A stretch of DNA of 64,000 bases from Candidatus Multivoradales bacterium (GCA_965248925.1 CBDFLE010000005.1:832001-896000), one strand, 5' to 3'; shown: positions 29,004-39,448, counted from the stretch's first letter. Notes: generated from the sequence alone by a model not told the origin. A program made the numbers and translations.

Positions 29004-29188
29004 TTTTCACCTATTCCTCGCAAGATCTCGAACGGACGACGGCCGGGACTCACATGGTCTCCAAGCCAGCAATCCGACATGTTCCCGATGTGGCGACGAT
29101 ACACCCCACTGGCCGGAGGTCGCAACTTTTTAGGCGACAAACGCGCTCCAACGCGGGAGACATCGAGAGGCTGTTTCGGGGGTTGAAA

Positions 29189-29264
29189 TGGAGCGGGCAA
29201 CGGGACTCGAACCCGCGACATCAAGCTTGGGAAGCTTGCACTCTACCAGCTGAGTTATGCCCGC
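29189..29264 (-). tRNA. tRNA-Gly(CCC)
   Basis: gcgggcataactcagctggtagagtgcaagcttCCCaagcttg...gttcgagtccc...tcca. Confidence 0.97.
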
Positions 29265-29401
29265 TCGATAGGTCGGCAATTTAGCCCAGACGGAGCAAGT
29301 CGTCAAGTCATCGTCGCGGCAACCACTCACCGCTGAGAGTCAGGGGTCGAGGAACCGATCCTCGTTGGAGATTGCACCGCCGCCCGCTATACTAGTTCGC
29401 T

Positions 29402-29701
29402 ATGAGGCAGACCGACCAAGAATCTCAACTGGACAACTCGCCAGCAGACGAGGTCGAAGGCCTCTACTTCTTCCCCGACCAAGCTGTCACCGAGTCGCAA
29501 ATGCGGCAAACCCTGCATCGCGGCACCGAGCAAGAACGGGCCTGGGCGGTCTCGCATTTGCTGCGCTATGCCCTGTGGGACGATATTTGGCGCTATGTGA
29601 GCCGTGAGGACGTGCGCGAGATATTTGCCGAACTCGAGCTTCCCGAGAAGCTCCGAGCCGCTTGGGGCAGGATGCTAAAAGTGGAAGCGCCGGTCGCCTA
29701 G
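29402..29701 (+). CDS. Hypothetical helical protein
   Basis: 99-aa ORF, ERAWAVSHLLRYALWDDIWRY. Confidence 0.7.
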   Translation: MRQTDQESQLDNSPADEVEGLYFFPDQAVTESQMRQTLHRGTEQERAWAVSHLLRYALWDDIWRYVSREDVREIFAELELPEKLRAAWGRMLKVEAPVA

Positions 29702-29756
29702 ACGAACCTCGATCCACCTAGGCGCCGCCACCAGCTCAACAGGCGGTAGTGCTTTC

Positions 29757-30779
29757 TCAGCTGCCCATCAACACATCGCCGAGCCCGCCGAGTACCGAGC
29801 CTTCGCCGGTGCGCTTTCCTCCGGTCTGTGGCGCGGCGGCAAAGACCTTGCCGGCGAGCCGGCTGAAGGGCAGGGATTGAATCCACACCTTGCCAGGTCC
29901 AGTGAGCGCGGCGTAGAACAGGCCTTCGCCACCAAAGATCTTCGATTTGATGCCCGGCACGCTCTGGATCTCGTAGTTCACTTGCTGCTCGAAAGCCACT
30001 AGGCAACCGGTATCCAAGCGCATCGTTTGACCAACCTCCAAAGTGCGTTCGACCACATGGCCACCGGCGTGGATAAAGGCCAGGCCATCCCCATCGAGCT
30101 TCTGCAAAATGAAGCCTTCGCCGCCGAACAAGCCGGTAAGGATCTTGCGTTGGAAGGCAATACCCACCGAAATACCCTTGGCAGCGCACAAGAAAGCGTC
30201 TTTCTGACACAGGATGCGCCCACCGTGCTGCTTCAAGTCGAGGGGGATGATACGCCCAGGATAGGGGGAGGCGAAGGCTACGTTCTGGCGCACGGAAGCG
30301 GCGTTACCAAAGACCGTCATGAACAGCGATTCGCCGGTCAACACCCGCTTGCCTGCGCCCATCAACATGTTCAGAACGCCACCACCGCTGGCCTTTTCCT
30401 GGGCTGATCCGTCGCCGAAGATGGTCTCCATCTGAATGCCTGGATCCATGAACATGAAGGAACCGGCCTCGGCGATACAAGCCTCCTGCGGGTCCAGGGT
30501 AATTTCGACGAACTGCATCTCCTCGCCGTAGATCTTGTAGTCGATCTCGTGCGCTTCCATCGCCCCGCCCGGCGTTGCCGGCGGCGGCGCGGCAGTGCTA
30601 GCGAGAACGCCGGAGAATTCGGCGCGCGAAGACGCCTTCACCCAATTGTCCATACCTTGGGTGAAAACGTGGGTGTCAGCAGCGAGTTCTCCCGCTTGAA
30701 AGCGTGGCAGCAATTGCTCGAGGCTGTAGGGGCCTTGTTGTTGTCCGCCGAGGGCGTAGTACCAAACCTTATCGCTCAT
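29757..30779 (-). CDS. TIGR00266/AIM24 family protein with N-terminal GYF_2-like domain
   Basis: WYY...QQQGPYS...GMDNW N-terminal domain; IDYKIYGEEMQFVEI and GGEGFILQKL motifs. Confidence 0.88.
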   Translation of the reverse strand: MSDKVWYYALGGQQQGPYSLEQLLPRFQAGELAADTHVFTQGMDNWVKASSRAEFSGVLASTAAPPPATPGGAMEAHEIDYKIYGEEMQFVEITLDPQEACIAEAGSFMFMDPGIQMETIFGDGSAQEKASGGGVLNMLMGAGKRVLTGESLFMTVFGNAASVRQNVAFASPYPGRIIPLDLKQHGGRILCQKDAFLCAAKGISVGIAFQRKILTGLFGGEGFILQKLDGDGLAFIHAGGHVVERTLEVGQTMRLDTGCLVAFEQQVNYEIQSVPGIKSKIFGGEGLFYAALTGPGKVWIQSLPFSRLAGKVFAAAPQTGGKRTGEGSVLGGLGDVLMGS

Positions 30780-30952
30780 GGAATCAAAGTCCTCCAGTGT
30801 GGATTCGTCGCGCCCTGGCCCAATGTCGAGGACGCCTAGAAGCGGTCGCAGTCTAGCAGCCCCAAGACGCCGGATCAGCCTCGCGAAAGGGCTCATCACC
30901 CAACGCCGCGAGGCCATCCGGCCGTACCGAGGATGGTAGGCTGCCGGCCGCT

Positions 30953-32191
30953 ATGGATGCTACCTTGCCCCCTCCCACGGAAGAACTGATCGAGAGCCAC
31001 CTCGGTCTGCTGCAAGAGCTGACCGCTGTCTCCTCCCCCACCGGCGACAGAGCAGGCCTGCTACGCTGCTGTGAGCTGCTCTCCACCGCCTTGGCCGCCC
31101 AAGGCATGCAGGTCAGCTTGGAAGATCAGGAAGACGGCGCCGGCAACCTCATGCCGGTGTTGCACGCTACCCACCCGGCACTGGCAGAGGGCAGCTGTCT
31201 GCTGCTGGTAGGCCACCTCGACACGGTGCAAGCGGCGCTTCCACCACGCCGCAGCGAGCGGCGCCTGTGGGCTACCGGCGCCATCGACATGAAAGGAGGA
31301 TTGGTTGCCCTGGTCGGCGCCCTCGCCATGTTGCGCGCCGAGGGGAGCAAACTACCCCGCGATCTGCGGCTGCTGGTGCTCCCCGACGAAGAGACCGCCG
31401 GGCCGATCTGCCAACGGCTGATGGGCCGCTGGACCGCCACCGCTCGGGCCCTGTGGATTCTTGAGCCGGGCTTGCGAGATGCCCGCCAAGAGGCTGGCGA
31501 ACGAGCCACCGAGACCCTGGTGATCGGCCGTCGCGGCTTATTTCACTGGCATCTCCAGGCGGCTGGCAAGGCCGCCCATGCCGGCAATGACTTCTGGAGC
31601 GGGCGCTCTGCCGTAGAGGCGGCCAGCGAATGGACTGTCGCGGCCAGCGCCTTTTCGCGGCCTGGCGGCGGGCCGATCGTCAACCCGGCCCGACTGGTCG
31701 CTGGCGAAGCCGACTTTGTAGACCATCTCAGCCATCGCGCCGCCTTGCTCGGTACCGTCCGGAGCAGCAATGTGGTGCCTGACCGGGCGCGAATCGACGG
31801 CGAAGCGCGCTTCAGCGGTCTTCGCGACGGTGAAGAGTTGCTGCGCCAGCTGCAGCAGCTAACCGGCGAGATCAGCACCCGACGAGGGGTCGCGCTCGAC
31901 TTCTCGCACTCACCCCTGGTCAAGCCCCTGGTACCGTCGGCGGCCAGTCGGCAACTGGCACAGCGAGCCTGCGCCTTGGGCTATCGCCGTGGCCTGCAGC
32001 TGCGGCTGGAGGAAGACCGCGGCGGTATTTCGTTTGCCAACTTCCTCGACCAACCCGGCGCGATTCCCACCCTCGACGGTCTCGGCCCTACCGGCGGCGG
32101 CATGCACACGCGACAAGAATTCGTCTGGATCGACTCCTTCGCCAGCCGTGTCACCCTGCTCGCTGATCTGCTCGCCCACGAAGCGGACTAG
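30953..32191 (+). CDS. M20-family metallopeptidase (carboxypeptidase G2-like)
   Basis: GHLDTV, GAIDMKGG, DEE and GGGMHT motifs. Confidence 0.88.
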   Translation: MDATLPPPTEELIESHLGLLQELTAVSSPTGDRAGLLRCCELLSTALAAQGMQVSLEDQEDGAGNLMPVLHATHPALAEGSCLLLVGHLDTVQAALPPRRSERRLWATGAIDMKGGLVALVGALAMLRAEGSKLPRDLRLLVLPDEETAGPICQRLMGRWTATARALWILEPGLRDARQEAGERATETLVIGRRGLFHWHLQAAGKAAHAGNDFWSGRSAVEAASEWTVAASAFSRPGGGPIVNPARLVAGEADFVDHLSHRAALLGTVRSSNVVPDRARIDGEARFSGLRDGEELLRQLQQLTGEISTRRGVALDFSHSPLVKPLVPSAASRQLAQRACALGYRRGLQLRLEEDRGGISFANFLDQPGAIPTLDGLGPTGGGMHTRQEFVWIDSFASRVTLLADLLAHEAD

Positions 32192-32429
32192 GAATTGTCT
32201 ACCGTGATGGGTCGCCGGAAGCCGTGGAGATCCCGCTCGCGCCGCTTCCACGGCTTCCGGGGAGAGGCATCGGTAGGATCTCATGCATGCTAGCCAGACC
32301 AATATCAGCAGACATTCGAGCAGTGCGCCGCGATTGACGGACCAGGCATCAGAGCATATGCTCAAATGCGATCCTGGCTGTACGGTAGGCGCGCTGTAGT
32401 GCCCTCTTCGGGCTTGCTGGAAGCCCCGA

Positions 32430-33020
32430 TTGCCAACAACCTCGGTGGCCCAACTATTGTATCCGCGCGATCTTCGCTCATCTTCGGCATTCCGTTCGGG
32501 AGCTGCCGCCAAGTACTCGTCAAACGTCGATCCGGCAACACCGGGATCAGCCGACGAACAGTCGTTGACCCCCAATCTGAAGGCTGATCCGCAAGCCATC
32601 GCCGACAGCGGATCGACCGACCCACCACCCGAGATCGCCCGCCCGCTAGTGCTGGTGGTCGACGATGAGGAGATGATCCTGACTGTCGCCAGCCAAATCC
32701 TCATTCGGCGCGGCTTTGAGGTGTTGGTGGCCCGCGACGGAGCCGAAGGCTTGCGAGTTTTTGTCGAACATTGCGACCAGATCGACCTGGTGCTGCTCGA
32801 CCTGAACATGCCGGGAAGAGGAGGCTACGAGACCCTGCGGGAAATGCGCAAGATCAAGCTCAATGCTCGAGTGATCCTGACCAGTGGCTTCGGTGAGCAA
32901 GAATCTACCGACCTGCTCGACGCTAGCCAACCGGTCGACTTCCTCCAGAAACCCTACCGAGTTCAGGCCTTGGTGGCCAAAGTTCGGCAGGCCCTGGGGA
33001 GGGTCGACAACTTGGACTAA
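32430..33020 (+). CDS. Response-regulator receiver domain protein
   Basis: LVVDDE, LLDLNMP, TSG and LQKPY motifs; start uncertain. Confidence 0.8.
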   Translation: MPTTSVAQLLYPRDLRSSSAFRSGAAAKYSSNVDPATPGSADEQSLTPNLKADPQAIADSGSTDPPPEIARPLVLVVDDEEMILTVASQILIRRGFEVLVARDGAEGLRVFVEHCDQIDLVLLDLNMPGRGGYETLREMRKIKLNARVILTSGFGEQESTDLLDASQPVDFLQKPYRVQALVAKVRQALGRVDNLD

Positions 33021-34547
33021 TTATTTGTGGAGCAGCAGCCAGAGACCGCTGAAAGCACGCATCAAGCGTATTCTGAGCACTTGTAAACGTTGCGCCTCAG
33101 TGATGTCACCGCTCAACACGACCTGATGCATCAGATGCTCGTAGCGGCGAACGAAGAGGTCGGCCAAGAAGACGGTGCGCCGCGCCTGGGAGAAAATCGG
33201 CGCCTGCTGGGTGATCGCGCTGTCGTCGAGCAGACCGCGAATGGCCTCGACCTCTTGCTCCACTCGGAGACGCAGAGCGGCGGCGCGCAACAGCAGTTCC
33301 TCCAAATCGCGATCGCAAGTGGCGTCGCCAAACAGCCGGCGATAGGCAATCACCTCCCGCGGCTCCAAGCGAAACGGGAAGACCTCAGGCAATACCGTCA
33401 CCTTGCGGGCATCGAGGGTCGGCATGGTGCCTTCGAGTACCGCGACCAGCTCGCGATAGTGCTCAGCCACGTACTCAAACTCCGTGCTTGGCCGGGGGCT
33501 TACCGGCGCCTCGCTACCCAGCAGCTCCCGCAATTCTGGCGATTGCACCACCGGTCCTTGGTCAAAGTCACGCTCAGGCCGCAGCTTGGGCAGCAGAGCG
33601 GCCATTCGCCGACGCAGACCGACCAGGGAGTCCAGGCGCACGTTGGAGCCCTCCAGCTGCTGCTCGAAGCGCTCGACCGCGACGCGGAAATCCTTGAGCT
33701 CGCGATCTAGCTTCAGGTCGACCGGAACTTCCCGTTCGAGTTCAAAGATCTCCTGGTACTCGGCTACAATGCGCTGTTCCTCGTGGTGATAGAGCTTTCG
33801 CACCAGATTCTTCAGCTTCAGATTGGTCTCGACGATTTCGGGACAGATACTGGGCTGGAAGTAGAGGTCGCCGAGCTCATGTTTGAGTTGTCGATAGCGC
33901 AGTACCAGACCCGTGCCGTCGAGGTCCTGGATACTCTTCACCTTCTCGGCATTGCGCCGCATTTCGATCAACTGGCCGAGCCTCTGCTCGATCAAGCTGG
34001 ACTCCGCCGAAGGACTTCCCAGCGCCGACCAAAAACCCTCCGAGACCTCCCGCAAATGGGTACGGTCGCGGGGCAGGAAGGCATCGAGGTGTTCGTCGAA
34101 CTCCTCGCACAGCTTGGTGGTCAGAAAGTCAACTTTGTCCAGCCGGTCAGCGCTCCAACTGCCATTCTGCGAGAAAAGGTAGAACTTGACCAGCTGCGAT
34201 AGGATGGTGTCCTCGTAGCTCTTGACCCGCTGGAAGAATTGGCGCAGCTGGCTCGGCGAGACCTCGCCGTCGCTTTCGCGGAGCGACTTGATCAGCTGGC
34301 TCAGCTCGATTTCGACCTCCGCGAGTTCTTCACCGGCGGCCTCGGCCCCGGTCTCCGTGAGGTTCTTCGAGATGGTCTTGAGCCGTGAATAGAGGCCCTG
34401 AAAGTCCGCCGGTTGCTCCGGCAGCGGCCGTTCAACAAAGACCTTCTGCAGATTCTGTAGAAACTGGTGGAAGGTCCAGGCGGACTTGAAGACGTTCGAT
34501 TGCCTGACGTACTGGCGATGAACGCTGTTCAGCTGCTGCACTGACAT
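33021..34547 (-). CDS. Hypothetical alpha-helical protein (508 aa)
   Basis: Long ORF with protein-like, charged helical composition; no family recognised. Confidence 0.8.
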   Translation of the reverse strand: MSVQQLNSVHRQYVRQSNVFKSAWTFHQFLQNLQKVFVERPLPEQPADFQGLYSRLKTISKNLTETGAEAAGEELAEVEIELSQLIKSLRESDGEVSPSQLRQFFQRVKSYEDTILSQLVKFYLFSQNGSWSADRLDKVDFLTTKLCEEFDEHLDAFLPRDRTHLREVSEGFWSALGSPSAESSLIEQRLGQLIEMRRNAEKVKSIQDLDGTGLVLRYRQLKHELGDLYFQPSICPEIVETNLKLKNLVRKLYHHEEQRIVAEYQEIFELEREVPVDLKLDRELKDFRVAVERFEQQLEGSNVRLDSLVGLRRRMAALLPKLRPERDFDQGPVVQSPELRELLGSEAPVSPRPSTEFEYVAEHYRELVAVLEGTMPTLDARKVTVLPEVFPFRLEPREVIAYRRLFGDATCDRDLEELLLRAAALRLRVEQEVEAIRGLLDDSAITQQAPIFSQARRTVFLADLFVRRYEHLMHQVVLSGDITEAQRLQVLRIRLMRAFSGLWLLLHK

Positions 34548-34661
34548 TGTCGAGACTCCGTTGCCATGAGCGCCGGGCAGAGAGTTCGAGCGGGTTGGCC
34601 GGCTGAGATAGGTTCCTGCGCTGATTCTAATCCTACTACCTTACGACAATCCGAGATAGAA

Positions 34662-35216
34662 ATGACCAATTCACCTGATACCAGTGCAGCTACTCCGCGA
34701 ATCTTGATCTCCGCCGAGGATCTCAGTCAACGCATTACCGAACTTGCCGCTGAAATCGACCGCGACTATCGCGACAGCGAACGGCTGATCACCATCGGCG
34801 TGCTCAAGGGTTCGGTGTTCTTCATGGTCGATCTCCTGCAGCAGGTGACGGTGCCGCTGGCAGTTGATTTTTTTCAGACTTCTAGTTATGGCGACGGCAC
34901 CATGCCGGGCGAGGTGCGGATCAAGAAAGACATCGACCTGCCGATTCGCGGCGCCGATGTGCTGTTGATCGAGGATATCGTCGACACCGGCTACACCCTG
35001 CGCACTATTCTCGACTTGCTGCGCTTCCGCGGCGCCCGCAGCGTCAAGCTCTGCGCCCTGCTCGACAAAGTCGCCCGCCGCGAGGTCGAGGTACCGATCC
35101 ACTACCGTGGATTCGAGATCGACGATGTGTTCGTGGTCGGCTACGGTCTGGACTATGCTGAGCGCTACCGCAACTTGACCTACATCGGGGTCTTCGACCA
35201 GATCCCTGAAATCTGA
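34662..35216 (+). CDS. hpt: Hypoxanthine phosphoribosyltransferase
   Basis: GVLKGS, LIEDIVDTGYT and FVVGYGLDY motifs. Confidence 0.96.
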   Translation: MTNSPDTSAATPRILISAEDLSQRITELAAEIDRDYRDSERLITIGVLKGSVFFMVDLLQQVTVPLAVDFFQTSSYGDGTMPGEVRIKKDIDLPIRGADVLLIEDIVDTGYTLRTILDLLRFRGARSVKLCALLDKVARREVEVPIHYRGFEIDDVFVVGYGLDYAERYRNLTYIGVFDQIPEI

Positions 35217-35266
35217 AGTTCAAACCGCGCTTGCCTCACCAGAGGTGCGCGCCGAGGATTCCATTG

Positions 35267-35644
35267 ATGAAATTCATCCACAGCGCCGACGCCCCTGAGG
35301 CCATCGGCCCCTACTCCCAGGCCATCGCCGTCGATGGCTGGCTATACACCTCGGGCCAGATTCCCCTCGACCCCGCCACCGGCGAGATGGTCGAAGGTGA
35401 TTTCGAGACCCAGACCCGGCAAGTCCTGAGCAACCTGACCGCCGTGCTGGAGGCCGCCGGCTGCACCTTCGGCGACATCGTCAAGGCCACCGTCTATGTC
35501 GCCGACATGGCCGACTTTCCCCGCCTCAACAAGCTCTACGCCGAAGCCATGGGAGAGCACCGCCCAGCCCGCTCGACCGTGCAAGCAGCCCAGCTGCCCA
35601 AGGGATCGCGGGTCGAGATCGATCTGGTGGCGCGTATTCCTTGA
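35267..35644 (+). CDS. ridA: RidA family enamine/imine deaminase
   Basis: AIGPYSQA, SGQIP, PARST and VEID motifs. Confidence 0.95.
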   Translation: MKFIHSADAPEAIGPYSQAIAVDGWLYTSGQIPLDPATGEMVEGDFETQTRQVLSNLTAVLEAAGCTFGDIVKATVYVADMADFPRLNKLYAEAMGEHRPARSTVQAAQLPKGSRVEIDLVARIP

Positions 35645-35684
35645 GCTGAGAAACACGCCGGTCCTAGCAGCCTGTGGCAAAAGC

Positions 35685-36629
35685 CTAGCCCCGCCCGAGA
35701 TACTCGTCGAGCAGCTCAGCCTGGATCTCAGATTTGCCGCGGTGGACGATCTCATCGACCAACTCGGCCAGTTCGGCGTCGAGCCAATCCAAGACCTCGA
35801 GGTTTTCTTCACGCGCCACCGCCGCCAGGTCGTAGCGGGTGGTCTCGGCACCGCGGGCGGCACGGAAAATCGCTTGCCCGCGGCCTAGCGGGCGCTCTAG
35901 GCGAGACCACAACTCGGCAATCAACGACAGCTCGGCGGCGATCTTGCGATTGGCGGTTTGGCGCTGGCTCTGGCCGGTGTCGGGGCGGGGCATGAAGGTC
36001 TCGAGACCGTGGCTGGCGGCCACCCGCGCCAAAGCGCGTTCAGCGGGCGGTGGGCCATGAAACAAAGCATCGTAAACCCTATCGCTCTGCCCTTCGGCCA
36101 GGCGCCGGCGCAGAATCGGCGTCAACTCCAGGGTCAGCGGCTGGACAAATCCAACCCCCGCCGCTGCCAACAGCTCGCAGCCTTCCTGGCCAAGCTCTGG
36201 CTGGTCGGTCAGGCCGGCGATCAGTGGCCACACCGCGCCGCTACCGGCGGGCAGTTCAGTGAGTGCCTCCAGGCGCCCCTCTAGCAAGGGGATGAGCAAG
36301 TCGTAGACCAGCGTCGCCGGGCCTGTCAATGCAGCCTCACCGGGTAGCAGTTGCAGCAGCACCGGGGTGCCAGAAGCGCTCAGCCGCTCAACCAGCCGGT
36401 GGCGCTCTGCCACCAGCCGTGGCGCCACCGGCGGAATATAAAACAGCTCGTCGCGCCCCTCGGCCTTGATCTCTGGAATGATCTGGCCGGGGCCGGCCTC
36501 CCCCACACCCAACCGAGCTGCCGCCAAATAGGTCCACAGGCCACCACAGCCACGCCAAGAACGCGGCGCCATGCCAATCCAAAAGCGCCCCGGTTCGGGC
36601 AACTGGCGCACCGGCAGAGTACGACTCAT
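35685..36629 (-). CDS. Hypothetical protein; degenerate radical-SAM-like region plus PolX N-terminal HhH-like domain
   Basis: PLIAGLTD..LLAAAG segment; C-terminal NRKIAAEL..IAEL...FRAAR...EIVHRG. Confidence 0.6.
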   Translation of the reverse strand: MSRTLPVRQLPEPGRFWIGMAPRSWRGCGGLWTYLAAARLGVGEAGPGQIIPEIKAEGRDELFYIPPVAPRLVAERHRLVERLSASGTPVLLQLLPGEAALTGPATLVYDLLIPLLEGRLEALTELPAGSGAVWPLIAGLTDQPELGQEGCELLAAAGVGFVQPLTLELTPILRRRLAEGQSDRVYDALFHGPPPAERALARVAASHGLETFMPRPDTGQSQRQTANRKIAAELSLIAELWSRLERPLGRGQAIFRAARGAETTRYDLAAVAREENLEVLDWLDAELAELVDEIVHRGKSEIQAELLDEYLGRG

Positions 36630-36670
36630 CAGCGCCAACACCTCGACCGCAGGATCCTCACCGCCGCCTC

Positions 36671-37282
36671 TCAGCGCCCCTGACCACGGAGCTCGAGAGC
36701 CCGCTGGATGTATTTGGCTAACACGTCGATTTCCAGATGAACACGGTCGCCAACCACCCGCTCACCCAGAGTGGTCGCCTGCAAGGTGTGGGGAATTAGA
36801 GCGACCGAAAAGCGCTCGTCGTCTAAGCTGGCAACGGTCAGACTGACCCCGTCGAGAGTCACTGATCCCTTCTCTACAAAGCCGGCCAGGTGTTCGCTAG
36901 GTAGAGAGAAAATGAGTTCGCGGTGAGCTTCCAGATCTCGTCGGGCAAGCACCTCGACGGTGCCGTCAACATGCCCTTGGACCCAGTGTCCACCGAGCGG
37001 ATCGCCGAGCCTCAGCGCCGGCTCCAAATTGACCGCCTGACCGGCATCGAGCGCACCCAGACGAGTTCGGGCAAGTGTCTCGGGGGAAAGTTCCACCTCG
37101 CAGCTAGTGCTGGCCAGCTCGACCACCGTTAGGCAGACTCCTTCCACCGCCAGGCTGGCACCGATAGTCAGCCGTTCGCCAAGCTCCGCGCTGAAGCCGA
37201 TCCGCAGCCGCACCCCACCCTCCGAAGAAGCTCTCGGAGCCGCCGTCAGCCGGCCACACTCAAGCACAAGTCCGCTAAACAT
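36671..37282 (-). CDS. ribE: Riboflavin synthase
   Basis: MFSGLV, GVCLTV, GGHWVQGHVDG and KGSVTLDGVSLT motifs. Confidence 0.95.
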   Translation of the reverse strand: MFSGLVLECGRLTAAPRASSEGGVRLRIGFSAELGERLTIGASLAVEGVCLTVVELASTSCEVELSPETLARTRLGALDAGQAVNLEPALRLGDPLGGHWVQGHVDGTVEVLARRDLEAHRELIFSLPSEHLAGFVEKGSVTLDGVSLTVASLDDERFSVALIPHTLQATTLGERVVGDRVHLEIDVLAKYIQRALELRGQGR

Positions 37283-38409
37283 CCAGCTCGAAACCCCTCG
37301 ATGATCAAGTCTTCGCCCCGTCGCCGGGCACGCATTCCATCCAGCCGCGGCGCCGCCGCCAGCGGCTCAAAACCAGCACCACCCACCGGTCCCGGAGCCG
37401 AGACACCAGCGATCAGTAGCGGCGCGCAGTCGACTCCCACCCGATCGTAGAGCCCGGCGGCGACGAAGGCGGCGGTGATCTCGCTACCACCCTCGACTAA
37501 CAGACTCTGCACTCCGCGCCGACCCAAGTCGGCGAGAACGCTGGCCGGTGTCAGCCGATCGAGATATTGCACTTCGGCTCCTCGGTCGCTGAGCGCCGCC
37601 ACAGCCGCAGCATCCGATCTCTCAGTGTACACCAGCACCGGCCCCTCGATGCTCAGCATCCGCGCCGTCGGTGGCAGGCGCAGGCGACGATCAAGAACTA
37701 GCCGCAGATTTGCCCCAAGGGTCTTCTTCAAACGTCGGTTGAGGCTCGGATCGTCAGCCAGGGCGGTGCCGCTACCGACCAGAATGGCATCGTGGTCTTC
37801 GCGCTGCTCCATCCCCCAGCGACGGCCGGCGGCCGAGGAGATCCACTGGCTGTCGCCGCCGGCGGTGGCGATCTTGCCGTCGAGGCTCATCGCCCATTTG
37901 AGGCTGACCGCCGGACGGCCCATGGTCATGGCGACCAAGAAACGCCAGTTGAGCCGCACCGCCTGTTCAACCAGGTAGCCACAATCGACCTCGATACCCG
38001 CCGCGGCAATGCGCCGCAGGCCACGGCCGGCGACTTGCGGGTTGGGATCGCGATGGCAGACCACCACGCGGCGAACACCGGCGGCGATCACCGCTTCGCA
38101 GCAGGGACCGGTGCGGCCCTGATGGCTGCAAGGCTCGAGGGTGACGAAGAGGGTGGCACCCCGAGCCCGAGCGCCAGCGACCGCCAGCGCCTCGACCTCG
38201 GCATGGGGTCCACCGAGCTGCCGGTGCCAACCCTCCCCCACCACTTCCCCACCTGCTGTCACGACCACCGCGCCTACCTGGGGATTGGGAGAGGTGCCAA
38301 AACGACCGCGAGCGGCGAGCCGCAGAGCCCGTTGCAGAAAGGCGCAATCAACCGCGGCCAGCGGCCTATTCGAAGAGGGCAGCGGCAAACTCCTCAGCCT
38401 TGAATGCAA
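37246..38409 (-). CDS. ribD: Bifunctional riboflavin deaminase/reductase
   Basis: PNPQVG, HAE, LEPCSH..GPCC, SLDGKIA and VEGG motifs; start uncertain. Confidence 0.95.
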   Translation of the reverse strand: MHSRLRSLPLPSSNRPLAAVDCAFLQRALRLAARGRFGTSPNPQVGAVVVTAGGEVVGEGWHRQLGGPHAEVEALAVAGARARGATLFVTLEPCSHQGRTGPCCEAVIAAGVRRVVVCHRDPNPQVAGRGLRRIAAAGIEVDCGYLVEQAVRLNWRFLVAMTMGRPAVSLKWAMSLDGKIATAGGDSQWISSAAGRRWGMEQREDHDAILVGSGTALADDPSLNRRLKKTLGANLRLVLDRRLRLPPTARMLSIEGPVLVYTERSDAAAVAALSDRGAEVQYLDRLTPASVLADLGRRGVQSLLVEGGSEITAAFVAAGLYDRVGVDCAPLLIAGVSAPGPVGGAGFEPLAAAPRLDGMRARRRGEDLIIEGFRAGCLADLCLSVAG

Positions 38410-39337
38410 TCAGATCATCGGCTCCCTCGCCGACCCCGAGGTAGACCACCGGCAGCTTCAGATCGCGGGCGACGGACACCACCATGCCTCCTTTGGCAGT
38501 ACCGTCGAGCTTGCTCAAGACCACTCCATCGACCGGCATCACCCGTTGAAACTCCCGCGCTTGCAGAATGGCGTTCTGGCCGGTAGTGGCGTCGAGTACC
38601 AACAGGGTGCGGCGAGAGAAGCCCTCGCTGGCGCGGTCGATCACCCGACCGATCTTGCCCAACTCGGCCATCAGGTGCTCTTTATTGTGCAGCCGGCCGG
38701 CGGTGTCGGCGATCACTTGGTCGGCGCGCCGAGCTCGACCGGCTTGTAAGGCATCGAAAATCACCGCTGCCGGGTCGCCGCCGCTCTGCTGACGGATCAC
38801 TTCGCAGCCCAACCTCTCGCCCCACAGGGACAGCTGTTCAATGGCGGCGGCGCGAAAGGTATCTCCGGCAGCCAGCAAGACCCGCTCGCCACGGCGTTGA
38901 TGAAAACGGGCCAACTTGGCGATTGTGGTGGTTTTGCCGACACCATTGACACCCACCACCAAGGTGATGGTCGGACAGGCCAAGACTGCTGGCGCGGGCA
39001 TCTGCCGCAGCATCTCCGCAACCAAAGCGGCCAGTTGGCGGCGCAACGCCGCGCCATCACCGGTGCTGCCAGACTCGACCTGGCCGCGCAAAGTCTCGAC
39101 TAACTGCAAAGAAGTCTCGACCCCCAAGTCAGCGCCGATCAAGGTCTCTTCGAGGTACTCCAGCGCGTTCTCATCGAGCACTCCACGCCCATCCATCCGC
39201 GCGTCAATACGCTCGATCAACTCGGTGTGGGTCATCAGCAAGCCCCGTTTGAGCTTGCTCCAGAAACCGCCTTTTCGCTTACTCTGCAGCTCGCTCTCCG
39301 GAGCCAACTGCAGGGGATCGGTGTGGTGGGAACTCAT
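38366..39337 (-). CDS. ftsY: SRP receptor FtsY
   Basis: GVNGVGKTTT, DTFRAAA, DTAGRLH and KLDGTAKGG motifs. Confidence 0.97.
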   Translation of the reverse strand: MSSHHTDPLQLAPESELQSKRKGGFWSKLKRGLLMTHTELIERIDARMDGRGVLDENALEYLEETLIGADLGVETSLQLVETLRGQVESGSTGDGAALRRQLAALVAEMLRQMPAPAVLACPTITLVVGVNGVGKTTTIAKLARFHQRRGERVLLAAGDTFRAAAIEQLSLWGERLGCEVIRQQSGGDPAAVIFDALQAGRARRADQVIADTAGRLHNKEHLMAELGKIGRVIDRASEGFSRRTLLVLDATTGQNAILQAREFQRVMPVDGVVLSKLDGTAKGGMVVSVARDLKLPVVYLGVGEGADDLIAFKAEEFAAALFE

Positions 39338-39448
39338 CAGCCTCTACTCTCCCTGGGACCCACTGCCAAATCGGCAGCAGGCTCAGTATTGATCGGTAAA
39401 GCATAGATCGCGATGCGGGGCTCCGGCAGCCTCGCCCTGGCCGGCGGT

